From Terriglobia bacterium (GTDB taxonomy: Bacteria; Acidobacteriota; Terriglobia; 20CM-2-55-15): a stretch of DNA of 64,000 nucleotides. Made by a program: the position numbers and the translations under genes. The stretch is taken from contig CBDAOY010000006.1 of NCBI GenBank assembly GCA_965198225.1, positions 160,001-224,000 of the forward strand, read 5' to 3'. Below, in pieces: positions 27,747-38,333 of the stretch. Every line of letters begins with the position of its first letter. The stretch's first letter is position 1. The notes below the pieces were generated by a model that ran no database searches, had not been told where the DNA came from, and was given only the letters and a program-made list of their open reading frames with translations.

Positions 27747-29428
27747 GTGGTGGAATCCGCGACTCTCCTGAAAGACCTCCAGCGCCTCCAGGACGCGTTT
27801 GGAGGGAATGTTGCCTCGAAACGGCTGCATCTCTTGCGCGGGCTCGAGCGCCGTCCCCTCAGACGTGCCAGTGAGGTTCTCCGCCTTCACGAATGTCTCT
27901 GCTTTCTTCACGCCTACCCCGACGACGAAGCGGTGCTCCTCCAGGTCCGGCTGATGCTCGACGGTTTTGCCCAACGTCCTGATCTGCGTCGTCACCGGGA
28001 CGAGTTGGCGGACACGGGAATCGCGGGCACCCGTATCGATTTTTCGTTCTACTGGTTCACGGCTTTGTGGCTCGCCCGGCGTTGGCCGGATCGGATCAGC
28101 ATCGACTGGGCGATCTTCGACGAGCGCTCCAGGATTCCAGATCTTCTCCATCTCCTTCTCCCCTACAGTGAGACTCCGGCCATCGACTCGTATGACTTCT
28201 CCCCGCGAGAATGGATCAATCTGCTCAAGGGATCCGCGCAAACGGACGCCGCGTTCCTCATTCGAAGGTTCGAGGCGTTGCGCACCGATGGGTTCGGGCA
28301 GGAGGTTGCATACGACAGCCTCGATGTTCCCCTTCGTCTCGAGCCGGGGCCGGATACACCCTCCCGGACCCACGCCCGGTACGCGGGGGTACCCGTCGTG
28401 TTCCAGCGTGGTCCTCTGAGGCGGGAGCGTCCTTCGCTACGAAGGGAGTTCCGGCTCCCTCCGAAAGCCGTGCGCGTGATCGGGCCACGGGATGCGCAGC
28501 ACCTCATCGATCTCGCCCGAGAAGCTATGGTGGTGCGGAGCCGCGATCTCGACATATTCATTCACGCGGATCGAAACGATGTCCGTTTGGTCGATTGGGG
28601 CGACGGTCTCCAGTTCGCGTGCATGGGAGCGATTCCGGAGCGTCGCCTTCTGCTCGAATCGGTGTACGGATTCCTCACCCTCAAAAACGGAGTGCCGATC
28701 GGATACGTACTCGTGAGCGCCCTTTTTGCTTCCTCAGAGGTCGCATACAACATATTCGACACTTACCGCGGAGGCCAGGCTGCATCGACTTACCTTCGTG
28801 TCCTCGCCACCGCGCATCACCTGTTCGGGAGCGACACGTTCGCCGTCGAGCGGTACCAGCTCGGGCACGGGAACCCGGAAGGCCTGAAGTCGGGGGCATG
28901 GTGGTTCTACTACAAACTCGGCCTCCGTCCGGACGATCGTGGCGTTCGACGCATCGTACGGAAGGAGATGCGGAAGATGAAAGCGAACCTGCAGTATCGC
29001 TCCTCGATCGCCACGCTCAGAGATCTCGCGGCTGAACCCATGTTCTTGGACCCGCGAACTCCTGGGCGTCGCGACGCACTAGGCCGCGTCGACTTGGGGG
29101 CGATCGGACTCCGCATCACCGGTACACTTGCGACGCGTTTCGGACCCGACCGCGAGCGGGGGATTCGTACCTGCTCGGACGAGGCAGCAGCGCTTCTGGG
29201 AGTGCGGTCGTGGCGACGGCTCGTAGCGGGAGAGCGTCTCGCCTGGCAGAGATGGAGCCCGCTCGTCATGACGCTCCCCCGTCTTCGACAGTGGAGCTCG
29301 AGCGAGAAGCGGGATCTCGCCGATTTGATCCGCGCCAAGGGGGGCGACGCGAATCCGAGTTCGTACGCCTCTTCAACGAACACCGTCGCCTGCGCCGCGC
29401 CCTCCTGAAACTCGCCGAGGAGGGCTGA
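27747..29428 (+). CDS. Hypothetical protein; probable 1-bp frameshift in a G run near 29340
   Basis: 553-aa ORF; the alternative frame gives a more natural helical end (KGGRRESEFVRLF...EEG, stop at 29428). Confidence 0.65.
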
Positions 29429-29452
29429 GCTCAAGAGCCTCCCTGCCGGCTC

Positions 29453-29980
29453 TCAGTCCTTCCGCAATTCCGCGCACAGGCCCTTCACGGTGACGAGGTC
29501 CTGGATCAACAGCTCGAGCGTCGAGACACCTACGGTGTGGGATACGGCTAGCTCGTCGAGTTGGGATTCGATTCGTATGGACACAGCGGACAGCGCAGCA
29601 AGCTGCTTGGCAAACGACTCGTCCTTGAACCGGCTGGAAGACCTAAGCCTGCGGTCCCCAGCCAGGAAGCGGATCATACTTTCCACTGCCGCTTCCAGTT
29701 CTGGCACTCCGACTTCGACCGCCTCGTGTGCCCAATCTGCCGAAGCCGGAGCGTATCTATAGACGGCAAGATCTCGAGCCAGGCGCCCGAACTCGCGTGA
29801 GGTGTCTTGGAAACCGCCCTCCTCCGCGAGCTTCTTGAGTCGGCGCGCCTCGTCCAGTGCGAGGAATCTTTCCTCGACACCCTTTATCGTCAGTCGGATG
29901 ATGTCGGACAGGGGTTGTTGCTGTGCAGCCGCCACGGAGGGAAACAATAGAACGAAAACGATTGTGAGCTTACCGATCAT
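29453..29980 (-). CDS. Secreted hypothetical protein, alpha-helical
   Basis: Signal peptide (AAA-Q); no family motif recognised. Confidence 0.6.
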   Translation of the reverse strand: MIGKLTIVFVLLFPSVAAAQQQPLSDIIRLTIKGVEERFLALDEARRLKKLAEEGGFQDTSREFGRLARDLAVYRYAPASADWAHEAVEVGVPELEAAVESMIRFLAGDRRLRSSSRFKDESFAKQLAALSAVSIRIESQLDELAVSHTVGVSTLELLIQDLVTVKGLCAELRKD

Positions 29981-30063
29981 GGCACCGATACCTCTTGTAA
30001 ATGGTACGCGAGGGAAGAGCTGTGGTCAATCCAGGGACAGGCGTTGACGCGTCCAGCCCGCAG

Positions 30064-30778
30064 TCACCAGCTAAAGCTGAAGTTCAGCAGCACCTGTCGG
30101 GCAGGCTGGGGGCCGGCCACGCGTTCCCAGTGAGCTGAATCGGGTCCCACGGGTGCTTCATACAGCCGGGTACGCCCTGTGAAGATGGCGTCGATAGCGG
30201 TACCGATTCCGGCGTATATCCCAGTGGAAACACCGACAAAAGCCATCTTGGTCCCGGCACCGCAGCCGCCAGCACGTCCCTCATCGTCGACGCAATCGGC
30301 GATGTTTGCGGTGAGGATTCCCATCGCGAGGCCCACCAACGCCCCTAGTGACCTGTAACAGTGCTATCGGTACCAGCGTTCGGCCGAACGGCGTCGGATT
30401 CTAGGAGTGACGCCCGAGCCAATGCTGTTTCATTGCGAGGGCGTTATGACACCGAAGACGGCGCCGTTGGGCCGAACCCTTCGGGCCGATGGCACTGTTT
30501 CAGGCCACTAGAATTCCCATTCTTGAGGGAGTCGCCTTGCTTGTCTATTCGCCTGACGCGGGCGGCCTCGAAACGACGTTCATTCCCGTCGACCCGCAGA
30601 ACGATGGCGTCATCGTCCAGGCGAATGAGTCTTCCAGCCGTCTCGCTGCCCTGATCGTCAAGGACGTAGACGGTGGCAAGGCTCGTCGATCCAGCCCGGC
30701 CCACCCGGGCACAATGTCTTGCGCCCGCACCACTGTGGGGCAGAGGATCATCACCAGGATCCCGATAGATCGCGTCAT
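30064..30778 (-). pseudogene. Secreted/membrane hypothetical gene interrupted by a MITE and indels
   Basis: Pieces MTRSIGILV..., VYVLDDQG...GDSLKNG and LGALVGLAMG...LLNFSFSW are collinear across the 167-bp insert. Confidence 0.7.
30345..30511. mobile_element. 167-bp MITE-like element, copy 2, bounded by CTAG
   Basis: Near-identical to 6484-6650; lies inside a coding sequence. Confidence 0.85.
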
Positions 30779-30998
30779 GACTCGTAGTTCAGTGGCCGGA
30801 GAGAATGTCGGGCGGCGGCTCCCTGGGTTCCTTCCTTCCCTTCGTTCTTCCCGGGGTGCATACGGCACGCTAAGCTTGGAGCCGGTTCGAGTCAAGCAAT
30901 CATCTAGACCCACGATAACAAAACATCGAACTGCGGCGTATCATGGTGTGAGGTTCCGACGGCCATCCGGGCGGCGTTACGGAAGTCGAGTGATCGCG

Positions 30999-32689
30999 AT
31001 GAACAAAGGCTGGAAGATATGGATTCTGGCGGCTCTGCTGATCAGCTCGATTTCGCTCGCCCAAACCCCGGCTCAGAGCCCGCAGGAGACCTCCGTGATC
31101 GAAGGCTTCGTCGTCCGCATGGGTTCGGGAGAACCCCTGGCGAAGGCGCAGGTGATGCTTCGACCCGCGCGCGGCCGACGACCTGTGTTCGGCGCTCTCA
31201 CCGATTCGGGCGGTCGGTTCCGGGTGGCTAACATCAGGCCGGGTAGCTACCGACTCCATGTCGAACGGGATGGCTACGTCGACCAGCAGTACGGACAGGT
31301 CAGCCCTGCTCGTCCCGGCACTGTTCTGGTACTGGAGCCCGGGCATGAAGTACAAGACGTCGTCATCAGCCTGGTGCCGCCTGTCGACTGGCGGCGATGA
31401 TCGCCCGACGAGGATAGGTCCTCTCCCGGTCCCGCTCGAACGGTCAAGAGCAGGTCAGCCCTGCTCGTCCGGGCGAGTACCGCCTGTACTGGCTGATCCC
31501 CGACGAATACTACGTCAGTGCAACCTACGAAGACGGCTTTCGGGAATTGAGAACCCTGCGCGAAGCTGTCGCGGCATCGGCTCCGCTTGCCCTACCTGGT
31601 AGGGGCGCACCGCACGCTCCTCCGGATCCCGTGCCGGAAACACTCGAGCAAATCTACGTTGACACGTACTACCCCGGCGTCCACGATCCGCTTTCGGCCT
31701 CGCCGATATCCGTCGATCCCGGGGTCGAGATTCGGGCCATCAGTTTCACGCTTCTGCCTACCCGAGCCCGCGCTGTCCGCGGAACGGTCGTCGGACCCTT
31801 CTCACCGGAGGACGGCGTGTCTCCGAACGTGATCGTCGTCCCTCGGGGCGGTGTGACTCGGAACAGGATCAACTTTCGTCGAGATGGCGATCGGAACAAT
31901 CGGCGAAGCCGGGACGGCAGTTTCGAACTGACGGGCGTCGCCCCGGGGTCTTACACCGTTGCGGCCATTCTGCGCGTGGGTCGGCGGGACCGCGGTAACC
32001 GAGGGTTGTTCACAGGTTTCGTCGACATTGAGGTCCGGGATGAAGATGTCGAAGGACTAGTCGTTCCCGTCGAACCCGGAATCCAGCTCGGCGGCAAGGT
32101 CCTGGTCGATGAAAGCGCCAATGAGCTCAACGTCTCCAGGTTGCGCGTCCGGCTCGAGCCGATGACCGGGCTCCCGATCGGCGAACCCAATGCACGTGTG
32201 GACGACGACGGCAGCTTCGTTGTCGACAACGTGCCGAGGGCTCCGCACCGCGTTTCCATAACAGGTCTTCCGAGGGACGCCTACGTTGCTTCAGCCCGGG
32301 TCGGCGGCCGGGACGTACTGATTTCCGGAATCCAGGTCGTACCCGACATGCCCGGCCTGGAGTTCTGGGTCAGTGCTTCCGGGGCGCGCCTCGAAGGAAT
32401 CGTAGGTGTCGGTGACGCGCCCTTCACGGGAGCCCAGGTCGTCCTGATTCCGGATGACCCGTTACGGACCGATCTTTACAAGACTGCCAGCGCCGACCAG
32501 TACGGCCGTTTCTCGATGCGCGGAATTTCTCCGGGGAACTACCGCGTGTTTGCCTGGGAGGATGCACCGTCCGGCGCCTACCGGGATCCGGAGTTTGTTC
32601 GTCGCTACGAGGATTGGGGCGAGCGGATCCATGTGGAACAGGCCGGTCAGGTACAGGTCCAGCCGCGCCTGATTCCCGCCGGGAACTGA
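30999..32689 (+). CDS. Carboxypeptidase-regulatory-like domain protein, disrupted around 31380-31550
   Basis: Signal peptide; TDSGGRFRV..PGSY; GEYRLYWL..DEYYVSA; TYYPG; ADQYGRF..PGNYRVFAW. Confidence 0.7.
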
Positions 32690-32865
32690 CCCACGTCCGC
32701 CGGAACTCCCCGCCATCGGGCGACGAAGCCTTCCTTACGATACCCCCGTAAATTCCCCTTGAGAAAAGCCCCGATCATCCGGCCCTGAGATTTGACGCAC
32801 GGACACTGTTCCGGCAGAATGTCTTCCTCATCCAGTGCAAGATCACAGGGTGCCCAAGGAGGTTC

Positions 32866-33570
32866 ATGCGTCAAGGTTTCCTTTCATGCATCTTGGTACT
32901 CGCCGCAGCCGTGCTGTGGCCCTCCATTGTCCGCGGGCAGAGCTCTGATCTGGTCGGGACCTGGGAAGGCAGCATCCGTGGGCCGGGCTCGGTGCAAGCC
33001 GTTTCCGTCACCATCCGGATCGACGGTGAGGGCGAGTTCACTGGAACGGCGGACATACCGGGTCAAGGTGCCCAGTTACGTCCGTTGATCAACATCGACG
33101 TTCGCGATCAGTATGTTTCGTTCCAGGTCGCCGGGGTTTCCGGCAATCCCCTCTTCGACGGTGCCGTTTCCGTGGACGGAAGCAGCTACACCGGAAGTTT
33201 CACGCAGGCCGGCGAGACCTTTCCGTTTACGCTCGCCAAGCGGGCGGCAGCGATGGAAGGCTCGTCGAGTGATACCGCGGCGTTTCGAGGAGTGTGGGAC
33301 GGAACACTCGACGCGGGCTCGTTGAAACTTCGGTTCCTCCTGACGGTACCGGAATCCACCGACGGCGTTGCGATGACGATGGGGACCGGGGCCCAGGACG
33401 TCCGGAACCTGATCGTGGCTATCATGATTCAGGGTGATGAGGTTCGGTTGAACGTCCCCGCGCTCGGCGCCGTCTACGTCGGGACACTGGACGAGGGCGA
33501 CGAAACGATCTCCGGAACATGGAGACAGGCGGACGCTCGCCTTCCGCTCACCTTCACGAAGACGGACTAG
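32866..33570 (+). CDS. Secreted protein with two tandem beta-rich repeats
   Basis: Signal peptide; GTWEG...GSFTQ..FPFTL repeated as GVWDG...GTWRQ..LPLTF. Confidence 0.7.
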   Translation: MRQGFLSCILVLAAAVLWPSIVRGQSSDLVGTWEGSIRGPGSVQAVSVTIRIDGEGEFTGTADIPGQGAQLRPLINIDVRDQYVSFQVAGVSGNPLFDGAVSVDGSSYTGSFTQAGETFPFTLAKRAAAMEGSSSDTAAFRGVWDGTLDAGSLKLRFLLTVPESTDGVAMTMGTGAQDVRNLIVAIMIQGDEVRLNVPALGAVYVGTLDEGDETISGTWRQADARLPLTFTKTD

Positions 33571-33679
33571 TCCGGCCGACGCAACGCGTCGATTGAACCA
33601 CGCCACTCCGTCCGCTTCCCGGTTTGCGACCCGACGGCCCGACGAACACCAGGATGAAACCCAACCAGGAGGGCTAACG

Positions 33680-35575
33680 ATGGCCGGTACCAGCGATCTG
33701 GAGATCCGCGGAAACCTCAGGGACTCCTACTCCGACGTCTACACGCCGGCGGCCCTGGACGCCCTGTCGGCGCTCGCGGACTTGAATCGACAACGTCTGG
33801 AGGTCATGAGCGCACGTATCGAGCGCCGCCAGAGAAGGGCTCGCGATCACGAGCGAATGAGCTTTCTGGAACCCAACTCGGTGGTCCCGGGAACCACGCT
33901 GACAGTGCAGGACGCACGGTCCGGGGATTTCGACGGGTCCGAGATGCCGGACGACCTCCAACGACAGTGGATCCAGGGCACCGGACCAGCGGCGAAACCA
34001 CGCGCGACGGTCGAAAGCAGTATCCGCAACGTCGCCTATGCTCTCCTGTCAGGCGCGGACGGATGGATGTTCGACGGTGAGGATGCCCTCGGGCAGGTCT
34101 CGACCATGTCGCTGGACAACCAGCGGAACCTGAAGCTGGCCTTCGCGAGGGATCCGATCTTTCTCGCGGCTGCGGAGCGGGTCGCCGGAGAGATGAACGA
34201 GTGGGCCGGCTCGTTCTTCGGCCGTCCGATCGTCGATGACTGGGCGAAACAGCTCGCCTTCACCACGAGGATCTTCCGGGCCAGGGCCCTGCACCTCGAC
34301 GACCGCCACGTCCGGTGCGCCGACGGCACCGGATTCTCGGCTTCCCTCGTCGACACGGTTCTCTACGTGGTGAACAACCACGAGCGCCTCCGTGAGGACG
34401 GCTCGTCGATCGTTCTGTATCTCCCGAAGATTCAAACCGCCGAAGAAGCCGCCGTCTGGAACGATTTACTGGCTGCGCTCGAGCAACACCTGGGCCTGAC
34501 CCTCGGCACCATCAAAGTCTACGTCCTCGTCGAGCAGGTCGAAGCCTGCTTTCAGTTGATGGAGATCCGTGCAGCCCTCGGCACCCATTTCGTCGGTTAC
34601 AACACAGGCCGATGGGACTATATCAACAGCGTCTCCGACGCCATGGCGTGGGGTTCCGACTTTCTGAACCCGAACATCGACGCGATCGTGATGACCTACG
34701 GCTACATGCGGACCTACGAGGATCGCGTCCGGCGCGCCGTCAACACCGTCGACCGCAACGGTCGTCACGCTCTGTGGCAGGGCGGAATGGAACCGAACAT
34801 CCCGGTCGGCTCCGAAGCGGGAATCGAAGCCAGCATGAATAAAGCTGTCGCAGGTGCTGAACGCGAAGAAAGGGAAGGCGCGAGCGGCAAGTGGGTCGCC
34901 CACTGGAAGATGGTTCACATCGTCAGACCGGTCTGGGAAAAGGTGGGCAAGCAAAACCAGCTGGGCCGAGGTTTCCCACCGCTGACTTACACCGACGAGG
35001 ACGCCGAGGGCTTGATGATGCTCGAGCCGGCCCCACGGACCATTCGCGGGGCACGGGACCTGCTCAGTGTGGCCCTTCAGTACGGCAACGCCTTCGGTCG
35101 GGGTTTTCAAGCTGCAGCACTCAAGCCGGCCGACTTCTTCGAGAACGATGACGTCCTGTACCTGATGGAAGACATGGCCACGGGCGAGATCCGCCTCAGC
35201 ATCCTCTGGGAGTGGCTGCACAAGGGCGCCCGCCTCACCGAAGACGACCCCGAAACGGGCATCCAGGCGGGGGACTCCTTCACCGGGGATCTGTTCCATC
35301 GACTCCTGTCCGAGGAGTACGAGAAGTTGCGCGGCGCAAGCAACCGGAACGTCCACGACGATTCGAAAGATACGACCCTGCCGATTGCCCGTGAGATCGT
35401 CGACAGCTACGTAACCGACCCAATCAAGACGCCCTGGTACGTCGACCTTCTAAACATCAACCTGAACAATCACGACCTTGAAACCGCAAAGAAGCGGATC
35501 GTCATGTACATCGAGGGGTTTCGCTCGAACGGCGAGCGGATCACGCGCAACCTCGACTTCGAAGCTTCGAACTGA
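33680..35575 (+). CDS. aceB: Malate synthase
   Basis: ATG after AGGAGG; MFDGEDA, YLPKI, NTGRWDY, WVAH, LMEDMATGEI. Confidence 0.85.
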   Translation: MAGTSDLEIRGNLRDSYSDVYTPAALDALSALADLNRQRLEVMSARIERRQRRARDHERMSFLEPNSVVPGTTLTVQDARSGDFDGSEMPDDLQRQWIQGTGPAAKPRATVESSIRNVAYALLSGADGWMFDGEDALGQVSTMSLDNQRNLKLAFARDPIFLAAAERVAGEMNEWAGSFFGRPIVDDWAKQLAFTTRIFRARALHLDDRHVRCADGTGFSASLVDTVLYVVNNHERLREDGSSIVLYLPKIQTAEEAAVWNDLLAALEQHLGLTLGTIKVYVLVEQVEACFQLMEIRAALGTHFVGYNTGRWDYINSVSDAMAWGSDFLNPNIDAIVMTYGYMRTYEDRVRRAVNTVDRNGRHALWQGGMEPNIPVGSEAGIEASMNKAVAGAEREEREGASGKWVAHWKMVHIVRPVWEKVGKQNQLGRGFPPLTYTDEDAEGLMMLEPAPRTIRGARDLLSVALQYGNAFGRGFQAAALKPADFFENDDVLYLMEDMATGEIRLSILWEWLHKGARLTEDDPETGIQAGDSFTGDLFHRLLSEEYEKLRGASNRNVHDDSKDTTLPIAREIVDSYVTDPIKTPWYVDLLNINLNNHDLETAKKRIVMYIEGFRSNGERITRNLDFEASN

Positions 35576-35632
35576 CGTTATCAGAGGAAGTGTTCTAACT
35601 CTCTGATGTACGAAATCGCGGGATTCGAGCGC

Positions 35633-35657
35633 CTAGTGACCTGTAAGAGGCCACTAG
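35633..35657. mobile_element. 25-bp ends-only remnant of the 167-bp MITE
   Basis: ctagtgacctgtaa + gaggccactag. Confidence 0.55.
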
Positions 35658-35912
35658 CTAGTGGCCGTCCATCTCTTTGTGGAAGTACTCGTGTTCGGCG
35701 TGCGCTTTCTCCTTACCGATCTTCTTGTTCCGCGCAAGGCCAGACTGGCGGGCGCGCTCCCGCGTGCCGTCCGAGCTGACGGCGGGAGCCGATATCATTT
35801 TCTCGACATCCAGACTCTCGCATTCCGGACAGCTGGGTTCGGGTGATTTCGGTCGGATCAGACGCTCAAAAGCGTGCCCGCACTGGCGACACGTGTAGTC
35901 GAACATCGGCAT
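35658..35912 (-). CDS. FmdB-family zinc ribbon protein
   Basis: MPMFDYTCRQCGH...CPECES. Confidence 0.85.
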   Translation of the reverse strand: MPMFDYTCRQCGHAFERLIRPKSPEPSCPECESLDVEKMISAPAVSSDGTRERARQSGLARNKKIGKEKAHAEHEYFHKEMDGH

Positions 35913-36000
35913 TGCTGCCCAGTACCTCCATGGAGATTGATAGCGGTCTACCGCACCCCTCTATTATATCTCCAGAGGCGTTCGTTCCCACTACGACCGA

Positions 36001-36380
36001 CTATCTACCGAGCACTTCGTCGCGAACCGATTCGGCGATCCCAGCAGCTTCGCCGATGAGATCGGACGGCACGCCGAGCTCGGTCAGCGTAGCCCCGAGG
36101 TTCTCCATCACCGCATCGAAATGAGTGTCCGTCAGCCCCAAGTCGTCGACCAGCCGTTTGTGCGCATCGCGCATCGATTTGCCTGGATAGCCCGGTGCGC
36201 CGCCGAAGGCGTAAGTCAGAAAACGCTTCTGCTGGGCCGCTTGGAGGTCCATGTTGACGCCCTCGAAGAAATGCTTGATGCGGTCGTCGGCGAGAACCTT
36301 CTCGTAGAACCTTGTCGACCGCCGCGTCGATTGCGGGCGCTCCTCCGAGCCTCTCGAAAAGAGACGGTGAACTCTCAGCT
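36001..36380 (-). CDS. Group 1 truncated hemoglobin (trHbN), 1-bp frameshift near 36311; start uncertain
   Basis: SLFERLGG..AIDAAVDK / FYEKVLADDRIKHFF..FLTYAFGG..MRDAH..HFDAV. Confidence 0.75.
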
Positions 36381-36404
36381 GTATGTGGTGATGGTCGCTC
36401 GAAG

Positions 36405-37364
36405 CTATTGCCGACCCGCTGCAGCTCGACCGAGCTCGATCGTGGAATCCGCCTCCGGGCCCGACATCAGCAGAACCAGGAATCCCTCCTGGACCCGTTG
36501 CTCGACATTGTCCGCGTTCGCCGTAATCATGTCGGCAATACCGACCCGCTTGGATTCTTCCAGCACCCTCATGTTCATCGCTTCGGCGGTAACGCGATCT
36601 TCCTCTGTTGTCTCTGGGCGCCCTTCCGCTTCCGGGTCTCGCGCTCGCGCGACGGCACCTGTCAGGCTTCCGATACCGCAGGCCAGGATGCTGATCCCCG
36701 GGACCTCAGCGATCTCGGTCACCTGTTCGATGGCTTCCGGGTCCTCGAGCATGATCATTGCGATCTTCTCGCCCGTCGGATTTGCCGGAGTCCAGACATC
36801 CACGCCGAGGCCAGCGAACAAAACCGATATCGCCTGAGCCTGTTCCAGGTTGAGCACATGGGGCAGCGTCACTCCATCGGCACCGGCTTCGAAGATTTCC
36901 GCTATGCGCTCCATCGTGGTTTCCACGCCGGCATCCTCGAGCGACGGTATCCGCACAATGAGGCTCTTCCGGCTGACGGCAGTCGGGCTGCGGAGGCCCT
37001 CGGCGATCGCACGGACTGCGTCGCCGTCGTATCGTCCCTCGAGGTTCAGGAATGCGTAGTCATAGAGCGGGTTTTGCGCAAGGCGTTCACCGCCTTCCAC
37101 CGTATAGACCGGCGCGGGTCTCTCTCCGCCTCGTCCGCGGCCTCCACCCCTCCCTCTTCCTCCGGGAGGAGGCGGCGCCTCGTTGGGAACATAGACGCCG
37201 AACGCCGTGAGGTTGTCCTGCCACAAGTTCAGCAGCACGTTCTCGTGCACGATCGGCTCGGGGGCGGTCGGTTCCGGCTCGGCCGGTGCTTCGGGTGGCG
37301 CGCCTCCGCACGCCGCGGCCAATAGCAGACAAGAGAGAGCAATAACTGTTGTCTTCAGGTTCAT
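36405..37364 (-). CDS. Lipoprotein with HpcH/HpaI aldolase/citrate lyase-like domain
   Basis: Lipobox LAAAC; LNLEG, VRIP, GADGVTLPHV, IMLEDPEAI, PGI. Confidence 0.7.
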   Translation of the reverse strand: MNLKTTVIALSCLLLAAACGGAPPEAPAEPEPTAPEPIVHENVLLNLWQDNLTAFGVYVPNEAPPPPGGRGRGGGRGRGGERPAPVYTVEGGERLAQNPLYDYAFLNLEGRYDGDAVRAIAEGLRSPTAVSRKSLIVRIPSLEDAGVETTMERIAEIFEAGADGVTLPHVLNLEQAQAISVLFAGLGVDVWTPANPTGEKIAMIMLEDPEAIEQVTEIAEVPGISILACGIGSLTGAVARARDPEAEGRPETTEEDRVTAEAMNMRVLEESKRVGIADMITANADNVEQRVQEGFLVLLMSGPEADSTIELGRAAAGRQ

Positions 37365-37521
37365 CCATCCTCCTCAATTCCTTGGGCCGGTCGGCAAACA
37401 GAATTCGTCAGCCGGCTGCGATCGCGCACATTCTACAGCAGATGGGAACGAGTCCAATCTTTTCATCGGGAAACAGCCGTCGTTCTCGAAACCCTGTCGC
37501 TAACTACACCCTTCGTATTGG

Positions 37522-38286
37522 TCAATGCCACTTCGGTGGGCGGCCCGCAGCGTAAGCCGCCCGGGCTTCCTCATGATCCGCCGACTCCAGGCAGATGTTC
37601 TGGCGTCGCAGATATTCAGCGAAGAAATCTCCGTGCGACAGATCTCCATTCGAAGCCAGCAGGCCCTTCGACTGGCGGGTTCCTTCCGAGCAGGTGCCCA
37701 GATACTTCTCGACCAACGCTTCGGTCTCCTCCTCCAGCCGTTCCGGCTCGGTGACGTGGTCGACGAGACCGATCTCGAATGCGCGTCGGCCATCGACGTT
37801 ATCCCCCGAAACGATCATCCACTTGGCTCGCCCCATCCCGACGAACCGCGGCAGACGCAGCGTCGACAGGCCGGGAATGATGCTTTCCTGTATCGCGGGC
37901 AGGCCTATCCGGCAGTCGGCGGTAGCGATGCGAATGTCGGACGCCAGTCCGACCTGCAGACCGCCGCCCAGCGCGTACCCGTGCATCACGCTGATAACGA
38001 TCTTCTCCATCCGCTCCAATGTGAACAGCGCGCTATCCCAGAGACGGAAGTAGTCGCGCGGAGTATTGCCGGCCGACAACTCCTTCAGATCGATCCCCGT
38101 GCAGAAGGCGCGCCCCGATCCCCGGATCAGGACGAGCCGCACGTCCGGGTCATCGCGAATCGACTCGACGGCGCGATTCAAATCCTGCACGGACGCGTAG
38201 TCCATGGCATTCAACAGGTCGGGCCGGTCGAAGGTGAGGCGCGCCACCTTACCGTCTCGAGCCCATCGCATGTTGGCAAGCTGCAT
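37522..38286 (-). CDS. Enoyl-CoA hydratase/isomerase family protein
   Basis: AFCTGIDL, HGYALGGG, DIRIA. Confidence 0.88.
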   Translation of the reverse strand: MQLANMRWARDGKVARLTFDRPDLLNAMDYASVQDLNRAVESIRDDPDVRLVLIRGSGRAFCTGIDLKELSAGNTPRDYFRLWDSALFTLERMEKIVISVMHGYALGGGLQVGLASDIRIATADCRIGLPAIQESIIPGLSTLRLPRFVGMGRAKWMIVSGDNVDGRRAFEIGLVDHVTEPERLEEETEALVEKYLGTCSEGTRQSKGLLASNGDLSHGDFFAEYLRRQNICLESADHEEARAAYAAGRPPKWH

Positions 38287-38333
38287 GTTGGCCCCCTCCA
38301 AGAAATAGGGGCAGAGGTGCCTGTCCCTATTAG

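Noticed and set aside
29335-29345. G run as a phase-variation switch
   Set aside because: Only six G, near the 3' end; a sequencing error is the simpler explanation.
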